Assembly (NCBI GenBank): GCA_963668025.2
Contig: CAXXTH010000010.1
Location: forward strand, 352,001-416,000
Direction of reading: 5' to 3'
From: Candidatus Hydrogenedentota bacterium
GTDB lineage: Bacteria; Hydrogenedentota; Hydrogenedentia; Hydrogenedentales; SLHB01
Length of the DNA: 64,000 nt
A model generated the notes under the pieces. The model had not been told where the DNA came from. It saw only the letters and a program-made list of their open reading frames with translations, and did no database searches. Both the position numbers and the translations under genes were made by a program. Positions 52,179-62,953 of the stretch are shown piece by piece (positions within the stretch are counted from its first letter, which is position 1; the number at the start of each line of letters is the position of its first letter).

Positions 52179-52835
52179 ATGAACCAATGGATACGCCTAG
52201 GGATAGTCCTGGCAATGGCGCTCGGCGCAGGAAACGCCATGGCCCAAGAAAAGGCGGTGGACAAAACCGCCAAAGAAGTCCAGGAACAATTCGACCAGCT
52301 CAAAAAATGGGTCACGGATAAAGTGGACAACCTTTCCGCACCACGCGAAACCGAGCCCAAGCCACTCGGCAAGACGGTGGCTCTCGAATTTTCTATTCAA
52401 GGATTTTCGCAGCCGGTAACCGTATCGACCTCCACGTCAAAATATGAATTGGACGCAAAACAATCCGGCACTTCCAGTGAAAACGGCGTCAATGTGTTCT
52501 CCAAGTACGCTATCGCCGCATCGGGAACCATCGAACCCAATGAACCGCGAGTAGCGTTCTCCGTGGAAGGCAGCGCCACCCCCGACGCCACCTTCCTGGT
52601 CACATGTAAAGGCGAATTCACCGTCGAACATCAAGATAAAGCTCCTCAAGATATAACGGCAGCAAATAGTTCTTCTACTACCATATCTTCCAGCTCCGTA
52701 CGATTCGATTCGAGCGTTTCCGTTCGCCTTGGCGAGAAGGCCGTATTGATTCAACAAGGACAATATGCCCTTGTGATGCGGGTGATTTATCCCGATAGCG
52801 GGGCCGCAAACGCGGAAGCCACGGAAGCAAAATAG
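52179..52835 (+). CDS. Hypothetical exported protein
   Basis: Signal peptide MNQWIRLGIVLAMALGAGNAMA; AAGGAG RBS. Confidence 0.75.
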   Translation: MNQWIRLGIVLAMALGAGNAMAQEKAVDKTAKEVQEQFDQLKKWVTDKVDNLSAPRETEPKPLGKTVALEFSIQGFSQPVTVSTSTSKYELDAKQSGTSSENGVNVFSKYAIAASGTIEPNEPRVAFSVEGSATPDATFLVTCKGEFTVEHQDKAPQDITAANSSSTTISSSSVRFDSSVSVRLGEKAVLIQQGQYALVMRVIYPDSGAANAEATEAK

Positions 52836-52848
52836 CATTGTTTGGAGT

Positions 52849-55170
52849 ATGCTAGTGAACCCAGAGCAGGGCGTGCCGGGATGCCGGAGAGTGGATGATC
52901 GTCAGGGGCGGAACCATCTGGTGGCGCGCCCATTTATTTGGCAGGCGGTTGCAGGGGCGGTTTTATTTGCATTATTGCCCCTAAAATCCGCTGTAGCTGC
53001 TTGCATATTCCTGCTGCTGGCGCGGTGGGCAATCACCCGGAACATGAACGCTCGATGGCTGCCGCGCGTGCTGGGGCTGGAGCCGGAGGCGTGGGAGGCG
53101 GACGCGCCAGCGCCGCGGAATGCTCCATGGGTGGGGGGGGGATGCGGCGTAGTCTTGCTGGCCTTCGCGCTGGCGGAATGTATCCAGCCGTATTACTTCA
53201 CACAAGACGATTCGTTTTGCTGCCTTCTGCCTGTCGTACTACAAGCGGGGCGTGAACTGTTTTCAGGCGTTTTTCCGAATTATAATCCTTGCCAGTTTCT
53301 AGGCTGGTCGCCGATGAGCGAGGCCACTTTTTCGCTGGCGTATCCCCCTGTATACCTGGCGTACGCTATAGCGCGGTTTATGCTTCGGAATGAATACATG
53401 GCCTTTGAATGCATGGCGTTCATCACGCTGATGCAAGGTTTTTTATCCACCTATTGGGCGGCTCGCATGTGGCGGCTCCGGCCTTCATTTGCCGCTTGCG
53501 CAGGTTTATCGTTCATATTATCGGGAACCACCCTGGTTATGGGTCGTTCTTGGTCCAATTTTTTAATGGTGCTGCCGTACTTGTCGTTGATGGCCGGTTT
53601 TTTGGGGATCTTGCGCCACAAGCCCGTGCATTGGCGCTGGTCCGTGGCGCTCGGGATGGTTATCGGGATAGCCTACTACGCCAGTTTGGTTCAGATGTGG
53701 GTGTATGGATTGCTCTGGCTGCTGGCGGGAGCGGCCGTTTTAGTGGTATGCGGCGCGTCGTCTTTCCGTAAAGTGTTGTGGTTGATTCCCGCCCTGTTAC
53801 TAGGCATCGCCATCTCCGCCCCACTGTTGTATGTGCAAATGGACACCGCATCGAATATCGCGCGCGAAGATAGCGGTTTTGGAATTATAGGCAAGGATCT
53901 TCTGGCTATTCTCCTGCCCTATCCGTTCACCCACGCCCGGCATCCCCAAAGTTACGGCGTCAATTTGCGTGAATACATGGGCATGTATCTTTATTCGGGA
54001 ACTATCTTGCCGGCGGCCGCTGGCGTTGGATTAGCCTTAGGCGTATTGGTTCGCTGGCCCCGCCGCGCCATTGCCGCCAACATGATGCTCATCGGCGCGC
54101 TTATAGCCTTGCTGTTTGCATTTGGCGATAAAGCCGGGTTGTGGTGGCTCATGCGGCATATTCCCCTGTTTCATTATTTCCGCAACGCGGAACGGTTTCT
54201 CGTGCTGTTCAATCTGTGTGCGGCTTTGAGTGGCGCGCTCATACTTCAGCGGTTGATAGGCGCTTTTCGATGGCGAAGCATTTGGGAAACAAGCCTGGCG
54301 TGTGTGGTGGCGGCGCTGATGCTCTATACGGTTTCCATGGCGCGTGCATCCTTTTATTCTTTCGAAGCCAAACCGTATCCTCCATTGCCGGAATACATAT
54401 CCCATACGCTACAGCCGGCCCATGCGGAATTCCCCCAACGAGTGGCTAGTCTTACTCCCTGGGATGTCATACCGGTTCGCTCTGTGTTGCATGACTATCC
54501 ATTTACACTTGAACAACATTTCGCTTCCGCTTACGGGTATTTATCGATGAGCGGATGGGATCCCTTGGTGTGGAACCATGACTTTTACGGCCGGTATGTC
54601 CGCCATCGCCTGGAACGAGCGGATCTTGCATTTCATGATCCATCGATGCCGAACGCGCCGGATTGCCGGTCTTCCCGGGAGGCCATTTACAAGGCCTATG
54701 GCGTGCAATGGGTGCTCGTGTTCGAGCCGTTCGTGCCTCGTTTCACGCATACATTTCCAGAGCTTGGCGAATCCGATCCCTCCCGGCCCGTGCGGATACT
54801 TCCCGTCGAAAACACGAGTCCTTTAGCGTTCGCCGAAGCCAATCCATCCAAACCATTCCCCATTAGGCTTGATGGACATGGCGCAACCGTAAATGTATCT
54901 GAATTGCCGCAAGGCGGCCCCTTTATTGTGAATATTCTGGCGTGGCCGCGGTTTAGGGTATATGCCGATGGGAAATCAGTCCCTTTTGCGCCGGATGAAT
55001 GGGGCCGCATGCGCGTCGATATCCCGCCAGGCACACAAACATTGGATGCCGCATATTGCCCCCCATGGGGAATGGGTTTCGCGTGCATGCTAGGATTATT
55101 GATAGTGGCGTTGATGATGATGGCCGTGCTGGCGCGGTTTGATGCGGTTCGACCAGGAGGAGGCCAGTGA
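52849..55170 (+). CDS. YfhO-like polytopic membrane protein (putative GT-C), paralog 1
   Basis: YYFTQDD, YNPCQFLG, many TMs; start uncertain. Confidence 0.7.
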   Translation: MLVNPEQGVPGCRRVDDRQGRNHLVARPFIWQAVAGAVLFALLPLKSAVAACIFLLLARWAITRNMNARWLPRVLGLEPEAWEADAPAPRNAPWVGGGCGVVLLAFALAECIQPYYFTQDDSFCCLLPVVLQAGRELFSGVFPNYNPCQFLGWSPMSEATFSLAYPPVYLAYAIARFMLRNEYMAFECMAFITLMQGFLSTYWAARMWRLRPSFAACAGLSFILSGTTLVMGRSWSNFLMVLPYLSLMAGFLGILRHKPVHWRWSVALGMVIGIAYYASLVQMWVYGLLWLLAGAAVLVVCGASSFRKVLWLIPALLLGIAISAPLLYVQMDTASNIAREDSGFGIIGKDLLAILLPYPFTHARHPQSYGVNLREYMGMYLYSGTILPAAAGVGLALGVLVRWPRRAIAANMMLIGALIALLFAFGDKAGLWWLMRHIPLFHYFRNAERFLVLFNLCAALSGALILQRLIGAFRWRSIWETSLACVVAALMLYTVSMARASFYSFEAKPYPPLPEYISHTLQPAHAEFPQRVASLTPWDVIPVRSVLHDYPFTLEQHFASAYGYLSMSGWDPLVWNHDFYGRYVRHRLERADLAFHDPSMPNAPDCRSSREAIYKAYGVQWVLVFEPFVPRFTHTFPELGESDPSRPVRILPVENTSPLAFAEANPSKPFPIRLDGHGATVNVSELPQGGPFIVNILAWPRFRVYADGKSVPFAPDEWGRMRVDIPPGTQTLDAAYCPPWGMGFACMLGLLIVALMMMAVLARFDAVRPGGGQ

Positions 55171-57437
55171 AACCAATCAGCCAAGACGCCGGCTATACTT
55201 TACGGCAACCTTTATATATATGGGCGGGCGCATGCATTCTTTTATTCCTGTCGCTTCCCTTGAAAATCGCCCTATTGGGCTTCATATTCTTGCTAGTTGC
55301 GCGATGGGGATTCGCCCATGTGCGGGATGCGGCCTGGCTGCGGCGCGCCATAGGGCTCGATGGGGAAGCGTGGGCGGATCATTCGCCGCCGCCCCGGGAT
55401 AAGCCGTGGCTAAGCGCGGGATGCGGCTTGATGCTCCTGGCTTTCGTACTGATGGAATACATCCAGCCGTATTATTTCGTGCAGGATGATGCGTTTTGCG
55501 GGTCTTTTCCATTGGTGTTGCATGCCAGCCGGAGCCTGTTCTCGGGCGTGTTTCCGAACTACAATCCTTATCAATTCTTGGGCTGGTCGCCTATCAGCGA
55601 AGGCATCTTTGCACTAGCCTATCCGCCGATCTATGGGGCATATGCTGTGGCGCGTTTCGCGCTGGGCAATGAATATCTTGCCTATGAATGCATGGGGCTG
55701 TTCGTGCTGCTGCAAGGATTCATGGCCACCTATTGGGCGGCGCGCCAATGGGGCTTGCGCCCGCCGCTTGCCATGGCCGCGGGCATGGCGTTCATGCTTT
55801 CGGGAACAGTGCTCATTGTCGGCCGGTCATGGTCGACTTTCTTATATGCGACGCCGTACGTACCGCTCATGGCTGGCTTGCTGGCGCAGCTCCGTTCGGG
55901 GCCTGTGGGCTGGCGATGGGTCTTGGCGCTCGGAGCCGTTATTGGGCTTTCGTTCTATACCGGTTTTGTTCAGATATGGGTGTATGGCCTCCTGTGGTTT
56001 GGCCTGGGCGCCGTGGTATTGGTTATGTGCAGGGAAATGCCTTTCCGCAGGCTCTTGTGGTGCGCACCGGGCATTCTGCTCGGTATTGCCATCGCCGCGC
56101 CTTTATTGTATGTGCAAATGGATACGGCGTCCGGCATCGCCCGGCAAGACAGCGGTCTCGGCATCGGATTCAAGGATGTTATCGCGATCGTGTTGCCGTA
56201 TCCGTTTACGCGCGCGCCTCATCCCCAGGGCTACGGAGTGACCCGGCATGAATATATGGGCATGTATCTCTACTCGGGAACCATCCTGGCGGCGGCGGCT
56301 GGAATAGGATTCGCCTCGCTCGCGGGCATCCGATGGACGCGCCAGATGTGGGCAGTGAATATTTGGCTCGTTGGCGCTTTTGCCGCCCTGCTGCTGGCGT
56401 TCGGCGACAAGGCCGGCCTATGGTGGGTGATGCGGCATCTGCCGCTGTTTCACTTTTTTCGGAATGCCGAGCGCTTTATGCTGTTGTTCAACCTGTGTGC
56501 GGCGATAGGCGGCGCACTCGTGTTGCAGCGGACGGTGAGCGGCTGGCGCCGGGGCCGCCGTTGGGAAGCAGGCTTGGCCTGCATGGCGGCCGCGCTTATG
56601 TTGTACACCGCGTTCATGGCGCGGACATCCCTGTATTTTATCGAGGCGAAGCCTTATCCGCCGCTTCCGGCGTACATGGCTGAAGCGTTGAAGCCAGCAA
56701 CCGATGCCTTTCCCCAGCGAATTGCCAGCCTTACTCCATGGGAGTCAATTCCCGCCCGTTCCATTTTGCCTGATTATCCCTTAACGCTCGAACAGGATAT
56801 TGCTTCCGTTTACGGATACTTCTCGATGAGTGGATACGACCCCATGGTGTGGGAGCATGAATTCTACGCCCAGTATGTACGCCCGAGGCTGCACCAGGCA
56901 GACCTGTCCCGTCTTGAACCGAATGCGCCAGCTCCACCGGACTGCCGCTCGATGCGGGACGCCATTTATAAGGCCTATGGCGTGCAACGGGTGCTGGTGT
57001 TCGAGTTTTTTGTGCCGCGTTTCGTGGACGCCTTTCCCGAACTGGGTGAAACCGATCCATCACGGCCCGTTCGGATTCTCCCCGTGGAAGGCGCAAGCCC
57101 CCTGGCGTTCGCCGAGGCGAATCCTGCGGAACCATTCCCCATCGTGCTCGATGGCCACGGAGCCACGGTGGACGTGTCCGGCCTGCCGCAAGGCGGCCCG
57201 TTCATCGTTAATATCCTGGCCTGGCCCCGTTTCAAGGTATACGCTGATGGCAAACCGATTCCATTTGCGCCAGACGAATGGGGCCGCATGCGCGTGGATG
57301 TCCCTCCCGGTGCTAAAATGTTGGACGCAGCGTATTGTCCGCCATGGGGAGCGGGATTTGTATGGATGCTAGGGCTCACAACGCTTGTGGTTTTGTTCAT
57401 GGCAATTCTGGCTAGACAAGACAAAAATCGAGCATGA
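55167..57437 (+). CDS. YfhO-like polytopic membrane protein (putative GT-C), paralog 2
   Basis: Colinear and highly similar to the upstream gene; GTGA overlap. Confidence 0.72.
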   Translation: MKPISQDAGYTLRQPLYIWAGACILLFLSLPLKIALLGFIFLLVARWGFAHVRDAAWLRRAIGLDGEAWADHSPPPRDKPWLSAGCGLMLLAFVLMEYIQPYYFVQDDAFCGSFPLVLHASRSLFSGVFPNYNPYQFLGWSPISEGIFALAYPPIYGAYAVARFALGNEYLAYECMGLFVLLQGFMATYWAARQWGLRPPLAMAAGMAFMLSGTVLIVGRSWSTFLYATPYVPLMAGLLAQLRSGPVGWRWVLALGAVIGLSFYTGFVQIWVYGLLWFGLGAVVLVMCREMPFRRLLWCAPGILLGIAIAAPLLYVQMDTASGIARQDSGLGIGFKDVIAIVLPYPFTRAPHPQGYGVTRHEYMGMYLYSGTILAAAAGIGFASLAGIRWTRQMWAVNIWLVGAFAALLLAFGDKAGLWWVMRHLPLFHFFRNAERFMLLFNLCAAIGGALVLQRTVSGWRRGRRWEAGLACMAAALMLYTAFMARTSLYFIEAKPYPPLPAYMAEALKPATDAFPQRIASLTPWESIPARSILPDYPLTLEQDIASVYGYFSMSGYDPMVWEHEFYAQYVRPRLHQADLSRLEPNAPAPPDCRSMRDAIYKAYGVQRVLVFEFFVPRFVDAFPELGETDPSRPVRILPVEGASPLAFAEANPAEPFPIVLDGHGATVDVSGLPQGGPFIVNILAWPRFKVYADGKPIPFAPDEWGRMRVDVPPGAKMLDAAYCPPWGAGFVWMLGLTTLVVLFMAILARQDKNRA

Positions 57438-57488
57438 TTTCTCTATAGATTCGATCATTAGTAACGCTTTAGCGAAATGAAGCAAGAG

Positions 57489-57637
57489 TTTTTTTAGACA
57501 TGATTTACAAGATTGACACGAGTGGAGATGCTCGCAATAGCTATAGCTAATCGATGAAGCGCCCGAACGCGTTTTTGGGGGCAGTGAGATCGCTATCAAA
57601 AAGAATCTTGTTTCATCTTGTAAATCATCTCAAAAAA
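57489..57637. repeat. MITE-like element, copy 2
   Basis: Similar to 36310-36459 including the GATGAAGCGCCCGAAC core. Confidence 0.75.
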
Positions 57638-57820
57638 TGCATGGCTCACCCATTGGGAAAAACTTTCTTTCACCGTAATGTATATTTTATAGTAAAGTAA
57701 TTATTTTAAATATCTATTATATTAAGCATTTTTGTTACGACTCAAAGTTGCGCAGGAAGAGCTAGATGCGCAATCATGCGGTATCGTTGTAATGGAGTAA
57801 GCAAACAGGAGGGCCTATAC

Positions 57821-59512
57821 ATGGCGGCGGCGAAGTATTCCATCGGTCTTGATTATGGCACCAATTCGGTGCGGGCGCTTGTGGTGAATGCGGCCAACGG
57901 CGAGGAGGTGGGCGCGCATGTGTGGACCTACGCCCACGGCGACCAGGGCGTCATCTTGTCGCGCGACCCCAATTTGGCGCGGCAGCATCCCGAAGATTAT
58001 ATCGCCGGAGCAGAGATCGCCACAAAAAAGGCCCTTGCAGCCGCCAAACGCACCGCGAAGGACTTCAGCCCATCCCAGGTGATCGGCATTGGTGTGGACA
58101 CCACGGGCAGCACGCCGCTCCCAGTAGGCAAGGACGGCAAGCCCTTGGCGCTGCAAGCTAAATTCAACAGCAATCCCGCCGCCATGGCCTGGCTTTGGAA
58201 GGACCATACAAGCATAACGGAAGCGGAGGAGATCACGGCCCTTGCAAAAAAGATGCGCCCGCAGTATTTAGCCAAATGCGGCGGCACGTACAGCAGCGAG
58301 TGGTTTTTTAGTAAAATACTCCATTGCCTGCGAACGGAGCCCAAGGTGTTTGACGCCGCGTATCTGTGGGTCGAGATGGCCGATTGGATTCCCGCCATGC
58401 TCACGGGAACGGAGGCCCCGGATCAGTTGAAAGTGGGCGTATGCGCCGCAGGCCACAAGGCCATGTACAACGACGAATGGGGCGGCTACCCGGACGAGGA
58501 ATTCCTCGGCAAACTGCATCCGAAACTGGGCGAGTTGCGTGGGCGGCTTAAAGGCCAGGCATCGACCATCGCCGAAGCCGTAGGCGGCCTCACACAAGAA
58601 TGGGCCAAACGCCTCGGCCTGCCCGCAGGCATCCCCGTGGCCGTGGGGGCGTTTGACGCCCACCTGGGCGCGGTCGGCTCGGGTATCGGGCCTGGCACAT
58701 TTGTGCAAATCATCGGCACGAGTTCATGCGACATGATGGTGGCTCCGAACGACAAGCCGCTCCCCGATATCCCCGGCCTGTGCGGCATTGTGAATGGAAG
58801 CATTTTGCCGGGCTATTTCGGCCTCGAAGCCGGCCAGTCCGCCGTGGGCGACATCTATAATTGGTTCGTCAACTATATCCAGCCCGGCGGCCCCAAAGCC
58901 GGTTCACATGAAGCCTTGACGAAAGAAGCCCAGGCCATGCACCCCGGCGCGTCGGGCCTGCTCGCGCTCGACTGGAATAATGGCAACCGCACCATCTTGG
59001 TGGACCAGCGCCTCACCGGCCTGCTTGTCGGCCAGACGCTCTATACCACGCCCGCCGAGATCTACCGCGCCCTCATCGAAGCCACGGCTTTCGGCGCTCT
59101 CACGATCATCAGCCGGCTCGAGGAATACGGTGTAGCCGTCAAGCGCGTCGTGAACTGCGGCGGCATTGCCGAGAAAAATCCCCTCGTCATGCAGATTTAT
59201 GCCGATGTGACGGGGCGGCCCATGTACGTATCACGCTCGGGCCAGACCTGCGCCTTGGGCGCGGCTGTCGCGGGGGCCGTCGTGGCGGGCAAGAAGGCAG
59301 GCGGCCACGACACCTATGCCGCCGCCCAAAAAGCCATGACGGGCCTGAAGAAGGAATCCTTCACGCCTAATCCCAAAGCCAAGGCGGTTTATAAGAAGCT
59401 CTATGTGCTTTACAAAACCTTGCACGACGCCTTCGGCGTGAAAGACTATCAGGGCGGCATGTATAGCGTGATGAAAGAGCTGCTTGTTATCCGTGCCGAA
59501 GCGCGGAAATAA
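57821..59512 (+). CDS. araB: L-ribulokinase
   Basis: IGLDYGTNSVRA, GIGVDTTGSTP, WLWKDH, YSSEWF, EAGQSAVGD, LDWNNGNR. Confidence 0.93.
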   Translation: MAAAKYSIGLDYGTNSVRALVVNAANGEEVGAHVWTYAHGDQGVILSRDPNLARQHPEDYIAGAEIATKKALAAAKRTAKDFSPSQVIGIGVDTTGSTPLPVGKDGKPLALQAKFNSNPAAMAWLWKDHTSITEAEEITALAKKMRPQYLAKCGGTYSSEWFFSKILHCLRTEPKVFDAAYLWVEMADWIPAMLTGTEAPDQLKVGVCAAGHKAMYNDEWGGYPDEEFLGKLHPKLGELRGRLKGQASTIAEAVGGLTQEWAKRLGLPAGIPVAVGAFDAHLGAVGSGIGPGTFVQIIGTSSCDMMVAPNDKPLPDIPGLCGIVNGSILPGYFGLEAGQSAVGDIYNWFVNYIQPGGPKAGSHEALTKEAQAMHPGASGLLALDWNNGNRTILVDQRLTGLLVGQTLYTTPAEIYRALIEATAFGALTIISRLEEYGVAVKRVVNCGGIAEKNPLVMQIYADVTGRPMYVSRSGQTCALGAAVAGAVVAGKKAGGHDTYAAAQKAMTGLKKESFTPNPKAKAVYKKLYVLYKTLHDAFGVKDYQGGMYSVMKELLVIRAEARK

Positions 59513-59530
59513 AGGGCAAGGCAACGCCAT

Positions 59531-60526
59531 TCACACGGGCGGCGCTGGCTCGCTGGCTCGACGAAGTATTTCTTCGGTGAGGCGTTTGAAATCTAGATAG
59601 CTATTTTTAACGGCTTGGGCGTGCGCGCCGATCGCGCCGTCCGCCGGTGTGAGCTTGAACACCGGTTTACGTGCATCCTCGGCGAGGGGCATCAGGCTCT
59701 GGTAGTTCTTGATAAGCCCGATCTTATTCGGATCCGTTTCAGCGTCCGCTCCACTGGGCGGACGCTGTAATACATATTCTTCATAGATTCCCGGTATTCT
59801 GGATACCCAGCGTTGATACGCCTTTACGGGCCGTTTTTTGCGTTCCACATGCTGCATAATCACATACCCAATAGGCGTCATCGCACCCGAAGGGAAATCT
59901 ATATTCAGATTGGAAGGTCTCTTATTTAATCGTTCTTGCCAGTTTTCCCGCCATGCCTTAAGCGTTGGACCTAAGTTCTTCAAACCTTGTAAGGAGAACA
60001 AACTTGAAGACAACGGCATGGCCACGTGGCTGGAAGCGATAAGCGCCGCACGGTTGATGGCGCCTAGATTCGGCCCCACATCCATGAGCACCATATCTGC
60101 GTTCACCTCTTCTGCAGCATGGTGGATGATGCGATAGAACGCGGTAATGGTTCGAAAATGTGCGGGTTTTCCCTCTAGACAACGGGGCCAGCTTTCCGAA
60201 AGACCGTCTTCAAACTGGGAAAGGCCTAAGTCGCCAGGCAACAAGAATAGGTTCGGATGGATTTGTTGAAGCGGCGCTGGGGCAATGTCTCCCGTGCCGT
60301 CTAGTATGGGCGAGATGCATGTCAAAATACTTTGGTTTTCTCCTTCTTCTGGCCACAATCGCACAAGCGTTTCTTCCTCTAAGAACATGGCGGTGAGATT
60401 GGCCTGCGGATCCAAATCCACCGCCAGCACGCGTTTTCCCAGTTCCGTACACATCCAAGCAATGTGATAGGCCAGTGTCGTCTTGCCCACGCCGCCTTTG
60501 TTATTGAAGAACGTGATCGTTTGCAC
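59531..60526 (-). CDS. Orphan ParA/Soj-like ATPase
   Basis: FFNNKGGVGKTT deviant Walker A, DLDPQANLT, DVGPNLGAINRAAL. Confidence 0.9.
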   Translation of the reverse strand: MQTITFFNNKGGVGKTTLAYHIAWMCTELGKRVLAVDLDPQANLTAMFLEEETLVRLWPEEGENQSILTCISPILDGTGDIAPAPLQQIHPNLFLLPGDLGLSQFEDGLSESWPRCLEGKPAHFRTITAFYRIIHHAAEEVNADMVLMDVGPNLGAINRAALIASSHVAMPLSSSLFSLQGLKNLGPTLKAWRENWQERLNKRPSNLNIDFPSGAMTPIGYVIMQHVERKKRPVKAYQRWVSRIPGIYEEYVLQRPPSGADAETDPNKIGLIKNYQSLMPLAEDARKPVFKLTPADGAIGAHAQAVKNSYLDFKRLTEEILRRASEPAPPV

Positions 60527-61715
60527 GGGAAGGCCTTTCTTTGATGGTAGCCAGAAAATACGCAGGCTCGTCAATATAGAATTTCACAGGCGGATTGCCA
60601 TTTTCATCAAGGTAGCGTTGCGCCCGCGCAATGCCCCTCCCAAAAGTGTTGACATACCCCAGGTTCTTCATCGCTTCCGCAATCTTGGGGTTGCGGTAGT
60701 CGTTTTGCCGTAGAAAGGTCTGCCGGTTGACGGCCCCATACAGGCCGCCCGCATTCTGTATCTCGATTCGATCACTGAACCAATAAAACCGTATGGGTGC
60801 GTTGGATTCATAATCACGGTGCATCACGGCGTTCATCAGCAATTCCCGAAGCGCAGGCATCGGATAAGGCGAACGGCTTTCCTCTCTGAGTGGCGTGACT
60901 TGATAGGGCCGCGATGGAAACAGCACACTCAGAAAACCGTCGAGTTCGCGAAGCACCGTGATCAAGTCTCCCTCGAACCGCCGGTCATCCAGTGGATCGG
61001 AATCGAGCCCCGCGCCTTCGTAACGGACATATTGAATGGCCGCACCGGGAAACCACTGCAATGGATTTTGTGCAAAAAGAAGAGCGCCCGCGTTTGTCGC
61101 ACAGGCATCGTTCATACACCAAAAACCAAGAGACGCCATTTGCGCCAGCATATCCCGGTTGTTCTCTTCAATAATTTCTGGCGCAAGAGCGGCATAGCGG
61201 TAGGTGAGCTGGAACAAATCCAGCGCAAGCTCGTCCTGCCCGCATCCCTTGCAAGGCCTTAGATCGAATGTCCGTGCATGGTGCGTGCGCCTTTCTGTCA
61301 GAATACGCTCTTCTTGCTCGTTTGCGATAGCCTTGCGGGGGCCGCGCCGTATATACACCCGCCCCTTGTAGCGAAGCGGAGGCATATCGGATGGCTGAAC
61401 TTCCACAATGGCCAGATCGCCTTCGGGCAGAGACAACTTGCACACATTGGCGGAAGGCAGCGGAACAATCATGCCATTACCGATATAATCAGACAATCGT
61501 TTGAGCAGGCTATCGTTTACGTCTATCTTTTCTATAGTTCCGTCATCTCGCGCGCCGATGATCAGATAGCCCGAAAGGTTGTGCCCAGGCATATCATTCG
61601 CAAATGCACAGATGGCCTCACAAAACTTATCCGTGTTATCCACGGAAATGGTCCGCTCAACATGATCAGATTCTCCGCAAAGCAATAATTCCCGCAATTC
61701 CTGTTCATGAATCAT
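60501..61715 (-). CDS. Schlafen/AlbA_2 domain protein with HATPase_c_4 (RecG-C-like) domain
   Basis: ESDHVER, ICAFAND, YLIIGARDDG, ALRELLMNAVMHRDY, DRIEIQNAGGL, YRNPKIA, GRGI. Confidence 0.85.
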   Translation of the reverse strand: MIHEQELRELLLCGESDHVERTISVDNTDKFCEAICAFANDMPGHNLSGYLIIGARDDGTIEKIDVNDSLLKRLSDYIGNGMIVPLPSANVCKLSLPEGDLAIVEVQPSDMPPLRYKGRVYIRRGPRKAIANEQEERILTERRTHHARTFDLRPCKGCGQDELALDLFQLTYRYAALAPEIIEENNRDMLAQMASLGFWCMNDACATNAGALLFAQNPLQWFPGAAIQYVRYEGAGLDSDPLDDRRFEGDLITVLRELDGFLSVLFPSRPYQVTPLREESRSPYPMPALRELLMNAVMHRDYESNAPIRFYWFSDRIEIQNAGGLYGAVNRQTFLRQNDYRNPKIAEAMKNLGYVNTFGRGIARAQRYLDENGNPPVKFYIDEPAYFLATIKERPSRANDHVLQ

Positions 61716-61792
61716 CTTGAATCCTCAAAATGCAAACGATGTATGCGTATGTTGCATACAGCACCATCCATTCCAACCTATCTATAAACAGC

Positions 61793-62764
61793 TTATTTCA
61801 ACACGATAGGATTCGTCCAGGCGGATTTCCCTTTTTTATCCACCACTTCCACGCGAATGAATTTGCATTCTTTTGGCAGCTTCCATTCGGCGCTCTTGAG
61901 TGATTTCCCTTTCTTAGCCTCCACCCGGGAGCTATACCATTGGTTCGATATAAACCGGATTTCAGCGGCTTTGGAACACTCCACTTTGGCGACGCCATTT
62001 TCCACTTTGAAATCTTTAATGACCGGGCCGCAGCTTGCATAAAAGCTTCCCGTCCGCAAACTGTCTAGAACCGCTTCGACGGTCAGCTTTTTGGCTTTGA
62101 TCATGGTCCATGCCAGGCCCACGTTTTGGGTGTTATGCACATCGTCCGTGGCGACGCCAGACAAGATATGCCCTTTCTCCAGGAGTTGCTGCCAATGTAC
62201 GTCGTTATATCCTTTACCGATACCTAGTTCACAGCCTGAGTTGTACACTTCCATGCCTGCATATCCATTGACCGACAGCATGTCGTCCAGGGTATGGCCT
62301 AGCCAGTACGGATGGGCGTAAAATACAACGGCTCCCGCTGCATTCATCGCATCAATGGCTTTTTGCGGCTCTTCTTTATACTGTTCGGCATTGAATCCAA
62401 ACGGCACATTAATGCCTACGAAATGATTGCCCTTCGGGTGAAACTCCATTCCTGAAATAACTAAAAAGTTCTCTGAGGACAATCCGCTAATGTCATTTGT
62501 CTTCCAATGGTCCGTGATCGCGACGACATCAAAGCCTTTGTCGCGGTACTGTTGAATCCGTTCCTTATACGGCACATCGCCATCCGATGTGTTGCTATGC
62601 ACATGCAAGGCCGTTTTGTACCAGTTACCTTCCACTTCGAAGGGATTCACGAGTTTCACCGTTCCCGGAGCAGGCACTTCTTGCGCTTTCTCTTGCGCGC
62701 TTGCCCACAGGCTTCCACCCAGCAACACCACCATGCACAGTAAAATCCATCCCCACTTCATCAT
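61793..62764 (-). CDS. Exported PHP-domain metallohydrolase (CehA/McbA-like)
   Basis: Signal peptide; LHVHSNTSDG, ITDH, AHPYW, ATDDVH. Confidence 0.85.
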   Translation of the reverse strand: MMKWGWILLCMVVLLGGSLWASAQEKAQEVPAPGTVKLVNPFEVEGNWYKTALHVHSNTSDGDVPYKERIQQYRDKGFDVVAITDHWKTNDISGLSSENFLVISGMEFHPKGNHFVGINVPFGFNAEQYKEEPQKAIDAMNAAGAVVFYAHPYWLGHTLDDMLSVNGYAGMEVYNSGCELGIGKGYNDVHWQQLLEKGHILSGVATDDVHNTQNVGLAWTMIKAKKLTVEAVLDSLRTGSFYASCGPVIKDFKVENGVAKVECSKAAEIRFISNQWYSSRVEAKKGKSLKSAEWKLPKECKFIRVEVVDKKGKSAWTNPIVLK

Positions 62765-62953
62765 TTTGAAACTCCTCTTTTAGAACCTCTCCCTCTACTC
62801 ATGCCCGCTTAAAGCATAAAAATAGAGTATCTACCCGCAACGGCATAAAATTCCAATTCGCCGGAGGAAATCTCCATTCGTGAAATTTGGTTTCCTCTTT
62901 ACTTATAATGACAATGTGTATTTCTGGACAGTGTCCCAACAAAGAGGAGAATC

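Noticed and set aside
59531-60526. Chromosome or plasmid partition locus
   Set aside because: No parB, parS or rep gene nearby; the ATPase is coupled to an AlbA-domain gene
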